A stretch of DNA of 64,000 bases from positions 1,840-65,839 of the forward strand of contig JAOBWF010000119.1 in the NCBI GenBank assembly GCA_025463215.1. Reading direction: 5' to 3'. Positions 52,238 through 62,437 of this stretch are shown piece by piece. The first letter of the stretch is position 1, and each line of letters opens with the position of its first letter. The notes under the pieces are model-generated. The model did no database searches. It saw only the letters and a program-made list of their open reading frames with translations, and was not told the DNA's origin. A program made the position numbers and the translations under genes. Origin of the DNA: Acidobacteriota bacterium. GTDB lineage: Bacteria; Acidobacteriota; Vicinamibacteria; Vicinamibacterales; CAVVIG01.

Positions 52238-53788
52238 ATGACGCGGATCGCGATCGCGCTGGCCCTCCTCCTCTCCGCAACCTCGGCGCTGGCCCAGGAA
52301 CCGGTCAACGACACAGTCGTCGCCCAAATCAAGAGCGAGGCGTTCCAGCGCTCAGCGGTGATGGACACGCTCAGCTGGCTGTCGGACGTGTACGGTCCGC
52401 GCCTGACCGGATCGCCGACGCTGCGGCAGGCGGCCGAGTGGGCCCGCGATCAGCTGACCCGCTGGGGCATGGCGAACGCCGCGCTCGAGCCGAACGGATC
52501 GACGACCCGCGGCTGGTCGATCGAGCGCTTTTCGATCGAGATGACGGCGCCGCAGTACATGCGGATCACCGGCTATCCACGTGCCTGGTCGCCGGCGCTC
52601 GCATCCCCGCTCAACGCGACGCCGATCGTCGTCGAGGTCAAATCGAAGGACGATTTCGCCAAGGTCCGCGGCAAGCTGCGCGGCGCGATCGTGATGAACG
52701 GTCGTCCGGATCCCGCCGACATCGGCTTCCAGCCAGAGGCGAAGCGCCTCAGCGACGAAGAGTTGAAGAAACAGGAAGGGCAGGTCGATCCCGCCGCATC
52801 CGGTTTTCCGAACACGCCAAAGTCCTACTGGGACGAGGAAGACGAGTTCGTGAAGGCGCTCGAGAAGCAGAAGGAGATCTACGAGTTCTTCGCGCACGAG
52901 GGGATCGCCGCGCTGGTGACGCCGAGCGCGATCGGCGAGGATGTCCGCACCGACGGGTTCTACGATCACGTCTGGCACCCCGCGTATCCCGGCTTTGTCA
53001 TCTCCCGTGAGCACTACGGCCGCCTCGTCCGCCTGCTCGATCACAAGCAGGCAGTCACGATGTCGTTGAGCCTCTCTGTGCGAATGGTCGATCGCGTCGA
53101 GGGTTTCAACGTCGTCGCCGAGATTCCCGGCAGCGACGCGGCGCTGCGCTCGGAAGTGGTGATGCTCGGCGGTCATCTCGACTCGTGGCACTCGGGCACC
53201 GGGGCGACAGACAACGGCGCCGGCTGCGCCGTCGCGCTCGAAGCGATCCGCATCCTCAAGGCGATCGGCGTCCAGCCGCGGCGGACGATTCGGGTGGCGT
53301 TGTGGACCGGCGAGGAGCAGGACTATTTCGGATCCGCCGGCTATGTCGAGCGGCATTTCGGCGCGCTCCAGACGGTCACGCTCAAGCCGGAGCACGCGAA
53401 GCTGTCGGGCTACTTCAACCTCGATAACGGCAGCGGCCGGATCCGCGGCGTCAACCTGCAGGGCAACGAAGCGGCGCGGCCGATCTTCGAAGCCTGGCTG
53501 CGGCCGTTCAATTACCTGGGCGCGACGACGCTGACGACGCTGAATACCGGCGGAACCGATCACATGCCGTTCGACGCGATCGGCTTGCCCGGTTTTCAGT
53601 TCATCCAGGATCCGCTGAACTACGAATCGAAGGTGCACCACTCCAACCTCGATCTGTACGAAGAGGCGGTGCCGGACGATCTGAAGCAGGCATCCGCCAT
53701 TCTGGCCAGCTTTGTCTATCACGCCGCGATGCGCGACGGCCTGCTGCCGCGCAAGCCGCTGCCCAAGCCGCACACGGATGGGAAATGA
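52238..53788 (+). CDS. M28-family aminopeptidase
   Basis: Signal peptide. GGHLDSWHSGTGATDNGAGCAVALEAIRIL and TGEEQDYFGS are the metal-ligand blocks of M28. Confidence 0.85.
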   Translation: MTRIAIALALLLSATSALAQEPVNDTVVAQIKSEAFQRSAVMDTLSWLSDVYGPRLTGSPTLRQAAEWARDQLTRWGMANAALEPNGSTTRGWSIERFSIEMTAPQYMRITGYPRAWSPALASPLNATPIVVEVKSKDDFAKVRGKLRGAIVMNGRPDPADIGFQPEAKRLSDEELKKQEGQVDPAASGFPNTPKSYWDEEDEFVKALEKQKEIYEFFAHEGIAALVTPSAIGEDVRTDGFYDHVWHPAYPGFVISREHYGRLVRLLDHKQAVTMSLSLSVRMVDRVEGFNVVAEIPGSDAALRSEVVMLGGHLDSWHSGTGATDNGAGCAVALEAIRILKAIGVQPRRTIRVALWTGEEQDYFGSAGYVERHFGALQTVTLKPEHAKLSGYFNLDNGSGRIRGVNLQGNEAARPIFEAWLRPFNYLGATTLTTLNTGGTDHMPFDAIGLPGFQFIQDPLNYESKVHHSNLDLYEEAVPDDLKQASAILASFVYHAAMRDGLLPRKPLPKPHTDGK

Positions 53789-55071
53789 AACACGGTGTTG
53801 CGGCGCTGGCCCTCGCCGCGGCGGCAACGATCGCCGCGACACACGCATCGGCGCAATCGCGTCCGCTGGTCGCCCCTGAGGCCGCGGCGATCTACCAGCG
53901 GCTGCTGCCGCAGATCTCGCGCATCAAGATCTTCGATCATCACGCGCACCCGGGGATCGCCGGCGACGAGGAGATCGATCCGGCGCCGGTGCCCGAAGGC
54001 GCGATGCCGCTGCGGTTGACTCCCGGCAACCCGGACTGGGCGGCTGCGAACCGGGCTCTGTGGGGCGTCACCGGCAAGGGCCGGCTGAAGTCGCTGCATC
54101 CCGGCGCGGCGTACTTCAATGCCGTGCTCGACAAGCTGGGCATCGAGACCTCGATCGCCAACCGGATCACGATGTCGGCCGACCTCGATCCGGCGCGGTT
54201 CAAGTGGGTCTTCTACATCGATCCGGTGCTGTTCCCGTTCGACACCTCTGGCCTCGCGGCGCGCAACAGCGATCAGGCGGCGTTCATGCCGAATCAGGCG
54301 AAGCTGCAGCGGCGCTTTCGCCAGCAGGCGGGACTGACCGCGGCGGCGGCGGATCTCGCCGGCTATCTCGGGTTCGTGACGCGCGTGCTCGAGGATCATC
54401 AGCGCCGGGGCGCGGTCGCGGCGAAGTTCGAGATCGCGTACTTCCGATCGTTCGTGTTCGACGATCCGCCGCGCGACAGCGTCGAGCCGATCTACGCGCG
54501 CTATCGTGACGGCGGCGTGCCGAGCGCGGCCGAATACAAGACGTTCCAGGACTTCGTCTTCCGCCACGTGCTGACCGAATGCGGACGCCTGCACCTGCCG
54601 GTGCACCTCCACAGTTCGGCGGGCGCGGGCGACTACTTCAGCATCGCCGGCGTCAACCTGCTCAACCTCGAGCCGGTGCTGCGCGATCCGCGCTACCTGT
54701 CCACGACCTTCGTCCTGATTCACGGCGGCTATCCCTTCGACCAGCAGGCGATCTTCATCGCGATGATGAAGAACGTCTGGCTCGATTCGTCCGCCACCGG
54801 CAGCTTCCTGATGTATCCGAATCAGTTCAAGGACGTGCTGAAGCGCTGGTTCGAGATCCAGCCGTCGAAGGTGACGTATGGCTCGGACGCGTTTCCGGTC
54901 GACGCCAGCATCGGCACCGAGGAGCTCTATTGGTTCGGCGTTCACAACGCGCGCACCGCCGCCGCGGCAGCGCTGGCAGAGATGATCGCGGCGCGCGAGA
55001 TCACCGAGCCGCAGGCGCTGGTCATCGCGCGCGGGTACCTGCACGACAACGCGGCCGCGTTGTATCGATGA
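53785..55071 (+). CDS. Amidohydrolase-family protein with signal peptide
   Basis: IFDHHAHPG (HxH) near the N-terminus and the TIM-barrel amidohydrolase pattern. ATGA overlap with the M28 gene. Confidence 0.72.
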   Translation: MKHGVAALALAAAATIAATHASAQSRPLVAPEAAAIYQRLLPQISRIKIFDHHAHPGIAGDEEIDPAPVPEGAMPLRLTPGNPDWAAANRALWGVTGKGRLKSLHPGAAYFNAVLDKLGIETSIANRITMSADLDPARFKWVFYIDPVLFPFDTSGLAARNSDQAAFMPNQAKLQRRFRQQAGLTAAAADLAGYLGFVTRVLEDHQRRGAVAAKFEIAYFRSFVFDDPPRDSVEPIYARYRDGGVPSAAEYKTFQDFVFRHVLTECGRLHLPVHLHSSAGAGDYFSIAGVNLLNLEPVLRDPRYLSTTFVLIHGGYPFDQQAIFIAMMKNVWLDSSATGSFLMYPNQFKDVLKRWFEIQPSKVTYGSDAFPVDASIGTEELYWFGVHNARTAAAAALAEMIAAREITEPQALVIARGYLHDNAAALYR

Positions 55072-56504
55072 CCGCCGATGTGACCCGCGAGATCGAGGCG
55101 GCGTCTCGCGCCGAAGCCCCCCGGCTCCGCCGCGTCCTCGGCTTCCGCGATCTCCTGCTCTACTACGTCGTCACCGGCTTCAGCCTGCGCTGGGTCGCGG
55201 TCGCCGCCGCGGCGGGGCCGAGTGCGCTCGTGATCTGGGCGATCGCCGCGCTTGGATTCTTCGTGCCGCTCGTGTTCTGCGTCCTCGAGCTGTCGTCGCG
55301 GTATCCGGAGGAAGGCGGCATCTACGTCTGGAGCAAGCGCGCCTTCGGCCCGTTCGCCGCTTTCATCACCGGCTGGACGTACTGGGGATCGAACCTGCCG
55401 TATCTTCCCGGCCTGCTGTATTTCGCCGCGGCCAACGCGCTCTTCATGGGCGGACCGGCGTGGCAGTCATGGTCGTCGAACAGCACCTACTTCATCGCCG
55501 TGTCGATGGCCGGCCTCGCCCTCACCGTCGCGATGAACGTGGTCGGGTTGGACGTCGGCAAATGGCTGACCAACGCCGGCGCGATCGCCGGCTGGATTCC
55601 CGCGATGCTGCTGATGGCGCTCGGCGCCGCGGCGTGGAGCCGTTTCGGATCGGCCACCCCGATCACCGCGCATGCGCTGGTTCCGAGCATGCACGTGAAG
55701 GACATCATCTTCTGGTCGACCATCGCCTTCGCGTTCGGCGGGGTCGAGAGCGGATCGACGATGGGTGAGGAGATCCAGGATGCGCGGCGGACGGTGCCGC
55801 GCGCGATTCTCGGCGCGGGTGCGGTGATCACCGTGCTCTACATCGCTGCGACGTTCGCGGTGCTGCTCGCGATGCCCAAGGAGCAGGTATCGGGGCTTGC
55901 CGGGATCATGCAGGCGATTCAGGCGATGACCGCGAAGGTCGGGATCGGCTGGCTCGCGCCGATCGTGGCCGGCCTGGTGACGCTGAACGCGCTCGGCGGC
56001 ACCTGCGGCTGGTTTGCGGCGACCGCCCGGCTGCCGTTCGTCGCGGGTCTCGATCGTTTCCTGCCGAAGGCGTTCGGCGATCTTCACCCGACGTGGCGGA
56101 CGCCGTACGTGGCGCTGCTGGTCCAGGCGGCGATCGCCGGGCTGTTCGTCTTCCTCGGCCAGGCGGGCACGTCGGTGCACGGTGCGTACGACGCGCTCGT
56201 GTCGATGGGGATCATCGCCTATTTCATTCCGTTCCTGTTCATGTTCGCCGCGATGATCGTGCTGCAGCGCGAGCCGGCCGGTCCCGACGTCATGCGCGTC
56301 CCGGGCGGCACGCCGGTCGCGATCGCGCTGGCCGCAACCGGTTTCATCGTCACCGCGGTGTCGATCGTGCTGGCGTGCATTCCGCCCGACGAGGAGCCCA
56401 ACAAGATGCTGGCGGTGGTCAAGGTGGTCGGGTCGTCGGCAATCCTGGTTGCCGCCGGCGCCGTGGTCTACCTGCTGGGCCGCCGTCGTGCGAGGTCGTC
56501 ATGA
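55068..56504 (+). CDS. APC-superfamily amino acid permease
   Basis: About 12 predicted TM segments. RDLLLYYVVTGFSLRW and EEGGIYVWSKRAFGPF blocks. ATGA overlap upstream. Start set at ATG 55068. Confidence 0.85.
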   Translation: MTADVTREIEAASRAEAPRLRRVLGFRDLLLYYVVTGFSLRWVAVAAAAGPSALVIWAIAALGFFVPLVFCVLELSSRYPEEGGIYVWSKRAFGPFAAFITGWTYWGSNLPYLPGLLYFAAANALFMGGPAWQSWSSNSTYFIAVSMAGLALTVAMNVVGLDVGKWLTNAGAIAGWIPAMLLMALGAAAWSRFGSATPITAHALVPSMHVKDIIFWSTIAFAFGGVESGSTMGEEIQDARRTVPRAILGAGAVITVLYIAATFAVLLAMPKEQVSGLAGIMQAIQAMTAKVGIGWLAPIVAGLVTLNALGGTCGWFAATARLPFVAGLDRFLPKAFGDLHPTWRTPYVALLVQAAIAGLFVFLGQAGTSVHGAYDALVSMGIIAYFIPFLFMFAAMIVLQREPAGPDVMRVPGGTPVAIALAATGFIVTAVSIVLACIPPDEEPNKMLAVVKVVGSSAILVAAGAVVYLLGRRRARSS

Positions 56505-57916
56505 AAACGCCGGTGCTGGCGCTGATGCTGACACTGACCGCGGCCGCCGGACAGCTCGCCCCAATCGTCCGGCCCGCGGCTCCCCGCACCCTTCGTCTGG
56601 ACTACTACCACACCGGCAACGCGAAGGAAGAGCGCTTCAGCGTCGATCGCGTGGTGCTCGAGCCGCTGCCGTGGCCCGGCAATCCGGCGAGGCCGGCGGA
56701 CGACACCAACCGCGGCAAATACTTCTTCGAGGTGGTGGATGCGGCGAGCGGCGCCGTGATCTATTCGCGCGGCTTCAGCTCCATTTATGGCGAGTGGGAG
56801 ACGACGGCCGAAGCGAAAGAGGCCGATCGCACGTTCTCCGAGTCGCTGCGGTTCCCGGCGCCAGGCGCGCCGGTTCGCATCGTCGTCAAGAAGCGCGATG
56901 CGAGGAATGTGTTCCGCGACGTGTGGAGCACGCGGGTGGATCCGGCCGACAAATTCGTGAGGCGCGGCGCGGAGGCAGATGCGGGCCCGCTGATCACGCT
57001 GCACGACAGCGGCGATCCGGCAAAGAAACTCGATCTGCTGATCCTCGGCGACGGCTATACCGCGCGCGAGCGCGGCAAGTTCGAGCGCGACGCCAGGCGT
57101 CTGACCGCGACGCTGCTTGCGACCTCGCCGTTCAAGGAACGGCAGCACGACATCAACATCTGGGGACTGTCGCCGGCAGCGGCGCAGTCGGGCATCTCGC
57201 GGCCGTCGCAGGGCATCTATCGGCGCTCACCGGTCGGCGCGACCTACGACGCCTTCGATTCCGAGCGTTACGTGCTCACGTTCGAGAACAGGGCGTTCCG
57301 CGATCTCGCGGCGAACGCGCCCTACGACGTCATCGAAATCCTGACCAACTCCGCGACGTATGGCGGCGGCGGCATCTACGGCCTGTATAGCACTGTCGCC
57401 GCCGACAGCGTGTGGTCGTCGTACGTTTTCGTGCACGAGTTCGGGCATCACATTGCCGGTCTCGCCGACGAGTACTACACGTCTGACGTGGCGTACCTGC
57501 CGGCAGCGGATCGCGTCGAGCCCTGGGAGCCGAACGCGACCGCGCTGCTCGATCCTGCGTCGTTGAAATGGAAGGATCTCGCCACGCCGGGCGTGGCGAT
57601 TCCGACGCCGTGGCCGAAGGACGAGTTCGAGCGCTACACGAAAGAGATCCAGGAGAAGCGCCGCGCCATCCGCGCGGCGAACCGGCCGGAGGCCGAGATG
57701 GATGCGCTCTTCCGCGACGAAGAAAAGCGCGATACCACGCTGCTCGACGAAGGACCTCATGCCGGAAAGGTCGGCGCGTTCGAAGGCGCCAACTACGAAG
57801 CGCGCGGTTTCTACCGTCCGCAGGCGGATTGCATCATGTTTACCCGCGATAACGTGCCGTTCTGCGTCGTCTGCCAGCGCGCGATCGCGCAGATCATCGA
57901 CCTCTACACGCGGTGA
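56501..57916 (+). CDS. M64-family (IgA-peptidase-like) zinc metallopeptidase
   Basis: Signal peptide. LLILGDGYTARERGKFERDARRL and VFVHEFGHHIAGLADEY (HExxH) match the M64 pattern. ATGA overlap upstream. Confidence 0.8.
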   Translation: MKTPVLALMLTLTAAAGQLAPIVRPAAPRTLRLDYYHTGNAKEERFSVDRVVLEPLPWPGNPARPADDTNRGKYFFEVVDAASGAVIYSRGFSSIYGEWETTAEAKEADRTFSESLRFPAPGAPVRIVVKKRDARNVFRDVWSTRVDPADKFVRRGAEADAGPLITLHDSGDPAKKLDLLILGDGYTARERGKFERDARRLTATLLATSPFKERQHDINIWGLSPAAAQSGISRPSQGIYRRSPVGATYDAFDSERYVLTFENRAFRDLAANAPYDVIEILTNSATYGGGGIYGLYSTVAADSVWSSYVFVHEFGHHIAGLADEYYTSDVAYLPAADRVEPWEPNATALLDPASLKWKDLATPGVAIPTPWPKDEFERYTKEIQEKRRAIRAANRPEAEMDALFRDEEKRDTTLLDEGPHAGKVGAFEGANYEARGFYRPQADCIMFTRDNVPFCVVCQRAIAQIIDLYTR

Positions 57917-58001
57917 CGGCACCCCGGGCGTCTGCTTGACTGGCCTGTGCGCATAAATCAGACTAGGCGCCCGAACGATACTCTTCAGTTGAAAGGCGCA
58001 T

Positions 58002-58433
58002 ATGCAGGACGAATTCGACAGCGGTATGGGAATTCCCGACGATGAACTGGCCGGCGAATCGGCCGCGTCCGACAGCGACGCCCTGAGCGGCGACGACGGC
58101 GACGCCGACCTCGAAGCGCCTGAAAGCGAACCGGTCGGACGCGCCTCGGGCGGTGCCCGCGCCATGGCGTCGGGCGGTGCGAAGGCGGCGGCCCCCCGCA
58201 AGGCGGCCGCGGCGAAGAAGGCGAAGCCGGCCGCGCGAAAGACCGCCAAAAAGGCGGCGAGACCTGCCCGTAAGGCAGCCAGGGCCACCAAAAAGAGCGC
58301 GCCGAAGAAGAGCGTGGCGAAGAAGTCCGGCCGCAAGGCCGCCAGCAAGCCGGTGAAGAAGGGTTCGTCCAAGAAGAAGGGCGCTGCGAAAGCGGGCGCC
58401 AAGAAGGGCAAGAAAAAGGGCGGCCGCCGCTAG
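58002..58433 (+). CDS. Histone H1-like / AlgP-like Lys-Ala-Pro-rich protein with acidic N-terminus
   Basis: The first 45 aa or so are strongly acidic (DEFDSGMGIPDDELAGESAASDSDALSGDDGDADLEAPESE). The remainder consists of KKAAKPAARK-type repeats. Confidence 0.65.
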   Translation: MQDEFDSGMGIPDDELAGESAASDSDALSGDDGDADLEAPESEPVGRASGGARAMASGGAKAAAPRKAAAAKKAKPAARKTAKKAARPARKAARATKKSAPKKSVAKKSGRKAASKPVKKGSSKKKGAAKAGAKKGKKKGGRR

Positions 58434-58464
58434 TCCACGGCGGTCGGCAAGCTGCCGGAATTAC

Positions 58465-58501
58465 AGAACGGGCCTGAAATCGATGATTTCAGGCCCGTTC
58501 T
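58465..58501. terminator. Bidirectional terminator-like hairpin between convergent genes
   Basis: agaacgggcctgaaatc-gat-gatttcaggcccgttct is a perfect 17-bp stem with a 3-nt loop. It lies between the stops at 58433 (+) and 58628 (-). Confidence 0.6.
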
Positions 58502-58627
58502 CAATCAAGTATCGGGTGCGCGCATCTTCCACCGGTCGCGCAACCGAATGCCTTCACACCGTGCATTCCACTCGATTTCGCCGACGCGCCCGGCAGCGTG
58601 AGGCATTCATCGTCGCCCGGCCGGCCG

Positions 58628-59716
58628 TCAGTACGGCTGATCGCCCTTCTCGATGCCAAAGCCGGTTGTCGGGGCGTAGACACCGTTCACCGTCGTTCCT
58701 CCGTTGTGGATCGCGGGAAACACGGGTTGCATGCTCTGCGGGAACCCGAACGTGGGCGTCGTGAGCGCGTCGAGGCGCCCGAGTTCCTCGGCCGTCAGCC
58801 TCACGTCGATCGCCTGCACGTTGTCTTCGAGCTGCGCAAGCCGCCGCGCGCCGATGATGGTCGAGGACACCCCAGGCTGCGCCTGGAGCCACGCCAGGGC
58901 AATCCGTGCCACGGTGCTGTCGTGCGCCCGGGCAATGACCTCGAGCGCATCGACGACGATGAAGGTCTTCTCGTTGTTGAGGACCGGTTCCAGGAAGGTC
59001 CCGCGGTCGGCCTTCACCTGTCCCACGGTCGCGCGCGTGTACTTGCCGCTGAGCGCTCCGCTCTTGAGCGGCGACCACGGCGTGATCCCGAGACCGAACT
59101 GGAGGGCCATGGGCACGAGCTCCTGCTCGACGCTGCGCTCGAGCAGCGAATACTCGATCTGCAGCCCGACGAACGCGGCCCAGCCGCGCAGGTGCGCGGT
59201 CATGTTCGCCTCGACGATCTTCCACGCGGGTGTATCGGAGACGCCGATGTAGCGGACCTTGCCGGCGCGGACCAGGTCCTCGAGCGCCGACATCGTTTCC
59301 TCGATCGGCGTGTGCACGTCCCAGTTGTGCAGCCAATAAAGGTCGATGTAGTCGGTCTGGAGGCGGCGCAGCGAGTTCTCGCACGAGGCGACGATGGTCT
59401 TGCGGCTCGATCCGCCGCCGTTGGGGTCTCCCGGGTAGAGGTTGCCGCTGAATTTGGTCGCGATCACGAGCCGGTCGCGCCGGGCGGCATGGCGTCCGAC
59501 ATGATCGCCGATGATCTTCTCGGAGTGGCTTTTCGTGTAGAAGTTCGCGGTGTCGATGAAGTTGCCGCCGAGCTCGACGAACCGATCGATGATCCGCTGC
59601 GACTCCTCGACGCTGGAGCCCCAGCCGAGATCTTCACCGAAGGTCATCGCACCAAGGCAGAGCGGGCTGACGCGGAGGCCGGAGCGCCCGAGCGTCACGT
59701 AGTGGTCGAGAGGCAT
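58628..59716 (-). CDS. Aldo/keto reductase
   Basis: MPLDHYVTLGRSGLRVSPLCLGAMTFG N-terminus and AKR blocks throughout. 362 aa. Confidence 0.9.
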   Translation of the reverse strand: MPLDHYVTLGRSGLRVSPLCLGAMTFGEDLGWGSSVEESQRIIDRFVELGGNFIDTANFYTKSHSEKIIGDHVGRHAARRDRLVIATKFSGNLYPGDPNGGGSSRKTIVASCENSLRRLQTDYIDLYWLHNWDVHTPIEETMSALEDLVRAGKVRYIGVSDTPAWKIVEANMTAHLRGWAAFVGLQIEYSLLERSVEQELVPMALQFGLGITPWSPLKSGALSGKYTRATVGQVKADRGTFLEPVLNNEKTFIVVDALEVIARAHDSTVARIALAWLQAQPGVSSTIIGARRLAQLEDNVQAIDVRLTAEELGRLDALTTPTFGFPQSMQPVFPAIHNGGTTVNGVYAPTTGFGIEKGDQPY

Positions 59717-59812
59717 AGATACTCCAAGATCTGCGCTATCATGTTTACAAGAGGATGTAGTTCATTTACTACACAAGTTCCATAGTAAACCATATTCACG
59801 CACCGCTGTCCA

Positions 59813-60220
59813 ATGCCGAAATCTGACCCGGCGAAGCTCTGGTCGCTGAACTACCGTTTGCTGATGTCGGTCATTTCCAGCGTCGCGCCCGACATCGCCG
59901 CGCTGGGGCTGGAGACCAAGGAGCTGTTCCTCCTCGCGGCGATCGACGAGCACCAATATCCAGCGGAGCTGGCGGCGACGCTGTGCATGCCCAAGCCGAC
60001 GGTGACCGTGAACCTCAAACGGCTCGAGGCAGCGGGATTGCTGCGGCGCGAGATCGATCCCGCAGACCTGCGGCGTCACCGTCTCTTGCTGACGCCGGAT
60101 GGACGGAAGGCAATGTCCCGCGGCTTGGCGCTGCTCTCGGACGCTTTTGGCGCGCGGCTGGGCCGCCTCAGCGACACCCAGCAGGCGTCGCTGCGGGGCC
60201 TGCTCGAAAAGCTGAACTGA
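59813..60220 (+). CDS. MarR-family transcriptional regulator
   Basis: 135 aa. Winged-helix block ELAATLCMPKPTVTVNLKRLEAAGLLRREIDPADLRRHRLLLTPDG. Divergent from the aldo/keto reductase. Confidence 0.85.
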   Translation: MPKSDPAKLWSLNYRLLMSVISSVAPDIAALGLETKELFLLAAIDEHQYPAELAATLCMPKPTVTVNLKRLEAAGLLRREIDPADLRRHRLLLTPDGRKAMSRGLALLSDAFGARLGRLSDTQQASLRGLLEKLN

Positions 60221-60313
60221 GGATCGGTCGGAATTCGTGATGTCGAGAAGACATGCTCGCCTAGAAGGCCGTCGGCTATAGGGACGAATCGGCCCCGAGA
60301 CAGCTGGACGCGA

Positions 60314-60604
60314 TTAACGCTCGTTGAAGAAGAAGCGCACGCCGAATTGCACCTCGCGGCCGGCGAGATAGTCGATCGTAGTGCCGAAGCCCGGGCCGTC
60401 CACGGCGTTCACGTTGAGCACGTTCGCGCGGTTCAACAGATTGAACACCTCGACTAGAACACTGGCGCTGTGGCGGCCGAACGGCAGCCGCTTCTCGACG
60501 CGGAGATCGACGTCCGAGTACGCCTTGATCCGGAACGCGTTCCGCGGCTGCGTCACGTCGCGCTGGTCGACCAGGCCGTCGCCGTCGCCGTCAGTGGTTC
60601 GCAT
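60314..60604 (-). pseudogene. C-terminal fragment of a TonB-dependent receptor-type beta-barrel
   Basis: SVLVEVFNLLNRANVLNVN....REVQFGVRFFF is the typical last-strands pattern. Only about 95 codons remain and there is no upstream barrel or plug. Confidence 0.45.
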
Positions 60605-60765
60605 CGTCGCGCACGCCGGTAAACATCATGTGAATCAGTTCGCCGTCGTCGGTCTCGAGCGTGACCCGCCGATCGAGCGTGAGCGCTCCGTCCTCGCGCG
60701 CGGTCACCCAGTCACCACGGCCGGCGCACCTGGCGCGGAGTGCCTCGGCGAAGGGCTGGGGCCTT
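60591..60765 (-). pseudogene. Fragment of a DUF3237-like gene
   Basis: The hand translation GRGDWVTAREDGALTLDRRVTLETDDGELIHMMFTGVR resembles the GGADW..VR.DG...LD.R.TL.TDDG..I block of DUF3237. It is truncated at both ends. Confidence 0.3.
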
Positions 60766-60830
60766 CCTCGGCAGTGACCTGCCGGATGCCGCCGGACGGA
60801 TCGCTACCGGACAACGGCGCGATGTGGCTT

Positions 60831-61649
60831 CTACAGGAACGCTAACAGGTCGGCGTTGATGGTGTCAGCATTCGTCGTGGGCATGCCGTGCGGAAAGCCT
60901 TTGTACGTGTTCAGCGTACCGTTCTTCAGCAGCTTTGCCGAGAGCGGACCCGAATCGGCATACGGCACGATCTGGTCGTCGTCGCCGTGCATGACCAGGA
61001 CCGGCACCGTGATTTTCCTGAGATCTTCAGTGAAGTCCGTTTGGGAGAATGCGACGATGCCGTCGTAGTGTGCTTTGGCGCTTCCCGCCATGCCCTGACG
61101 CCACCAGTTCAAGACCACCCCCTGAGACGGCTTCGCCCCCGGGCGGTTATAGCCGTAGAACGGCCCCGCCGGCACGTCGTAATAAAACTGGGCGCGGTTG
61201 ACCGCAACCTGCGACTGAAAGTCGTCGAACACCTTCTTCGGCAGCCCACCCGGATTGGCCGCCGTCTGCACCATCAAAGGGGGCACCGCGCTGATGAGCA
61301 CCGCTTTCGCCACGCGGCTATCTCCGTGGCGAGCCAGGTAGCGCACCACTTCGCCGCCGCCGGTCGAGTGGCCGACATGGATCGCCTCGTTGAGGTCGAG
61401 ATGCGCGGTCAGCTCCGCGAGGTCGTCGGCGTAGTGATCCATGTCATGACCGTCGCCGGTCTGGGTGGAGCGGCCGTGGCCGCGGCGGTCGTGGGCGATG
61501 ACGCGATAACCGTGTTTGAGGAAGAACATCATCTGCGCGTCCCAATCATCGGCCGACAGCGGCCAGCCGTGGCTGAACACGATGGGCTGCCCTTTGCCCC
61601 AGTCCTTGTAGAAGATCTCAACGCCGTCGTTGGTGGTGATCGAACTCAT
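60831..61649 (-). CDS. Alpha/beta hydrolase (non-haem haloperoxidase / arylesterase type)
   Basis: [39 protein letters not shown] and the nucleophile elbow VGHSTGGGE. 272 aa. Confidence 0.88.
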   Translation of the reverse strand: MSSITTNDGVEIFYKDWGKGQPIVFSHGWPLSADDWDAQMMFFLKHGYRVIAHDRRGHGRSTQTGDGHDMDHYADDLAELTAHLDLNEAIHVGHSTGGGEVVRYLARHGDSRVAKAVLISAVPPLMVQTAANPGGLPKKVFDDFQSQVAVNRAQFYYDVPAGPFYGYNRPGAKPSQGVVLNWWRQGMAGSAKAHYDGIVAFSQTDFTEDLRKITVPVLVMHGDDDQIVPYADSGPLSAKLLKNGTLNTYKGFPHGMPTTNADTINADLLAFL

Positions 61650-61849
61650 GGTGGATGTCCTTTGCTCTGAATGCAGGGGGTTTTCGTGTTGCTATGTCGT
61701 CATCGGGGTAATTGGGATCGCGTCAATCACGGATGTCGACGGCCAGATCGTAGACCGATTCAGCTGTTCAGCAGGTCGTCGCGACGGGCGCGCGGTTCAT
61801 CGCTGACGGTAACTGATGACTGCGCTATTTAAACGACGACTCGTCATCC

Positions 61850-62330
61850 ATGTCGAAGAGCCATGCCGTTGAGTCTAGGCAAGGTCGTGCACGGCACGCC
61901 GCGCCACGTACCAGAACAGCGCCGCACGGTGACCGGCATCTCGAATGGCGAGATCAACCGCGAGCTCACATCCCTCAAAGGCATGTTCAACCTGCCGATT
62001 CAGTCATGACGCGTGAACTGCGCGAACTGCTTGATCAGCAGCCCTTGATCACCGACAATTCGCAACGGCGGCTCGAGGTCGTTTGTCCGCGCGTGGTGCA
62101 TCGAGCGGGCCAGCCAGTCAGAGTTTTCGGGTCGCGTTCCGCGCGGCCTGCGCTGGAGCCGGATGTCCTGGCCGCATCTTGCACGACTTCCGCGAACCGC
62201 GGTCCGAAATCTGGTCCGCGCAGGCATTCGGAGCGCGTCGCGACGCAGATGACAGGGCACAAGACTCGGAGCGTGTTCGAGCGATACAATATCGTGAGCG
62301 CTGGCGATCTGATTGACGCCCGCCAAGCGT
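61850..62330 (+). pseudogene. Integrase remnant (fourth copy, same family), adjacent to tRNA-Ser(GCU)
   Basis: Fragments NGEINRELTSLKGMFNL, AGCPGRILHDFRE and [27 protein letters not shown] lie in different frames with deletions. Compare the 26224 integrase blocks NRDLMLLKRMCTL, GCPGRI.HDFRR and [25 protein letters not shown]. Confidence 0.6.
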
Positions 62331-62437
62331 CTCGACCCGTCGCAGGGGCAATTTCAGGGACCATTGGGCAGAACCAGACCGTCCGGTCAAAACCATGAAA
62401 TGAGCAAGTGCTTGTGCGAGAATAGTTAGCGCGACAC

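Noticed and set aside
52352-55044. Two long minus-strand ORFs (52352..53848 and 53719..55044) opposite the M28 and amidohydrolase genes
   Set aside because: They are antisense to genes with clear catalytic motifs and coupled ATGA junctions.
57227-58411. 394-aa minus-strand ORF covering the end of the M64 gene and the histone-like gene
   Set aside because: Its low-complexity Ala/Phe/Leu translation is the mirror of the Lys/Ala repeat. The plus-strand genes have an HExxH motif and a terminator in the right places.
58598-59785. 395-aa plus-strand ORF opposite the aldo/keto reductase
   Set aside because: It is an antisense shadow ORF. The minus frame has the full AKR pattern.
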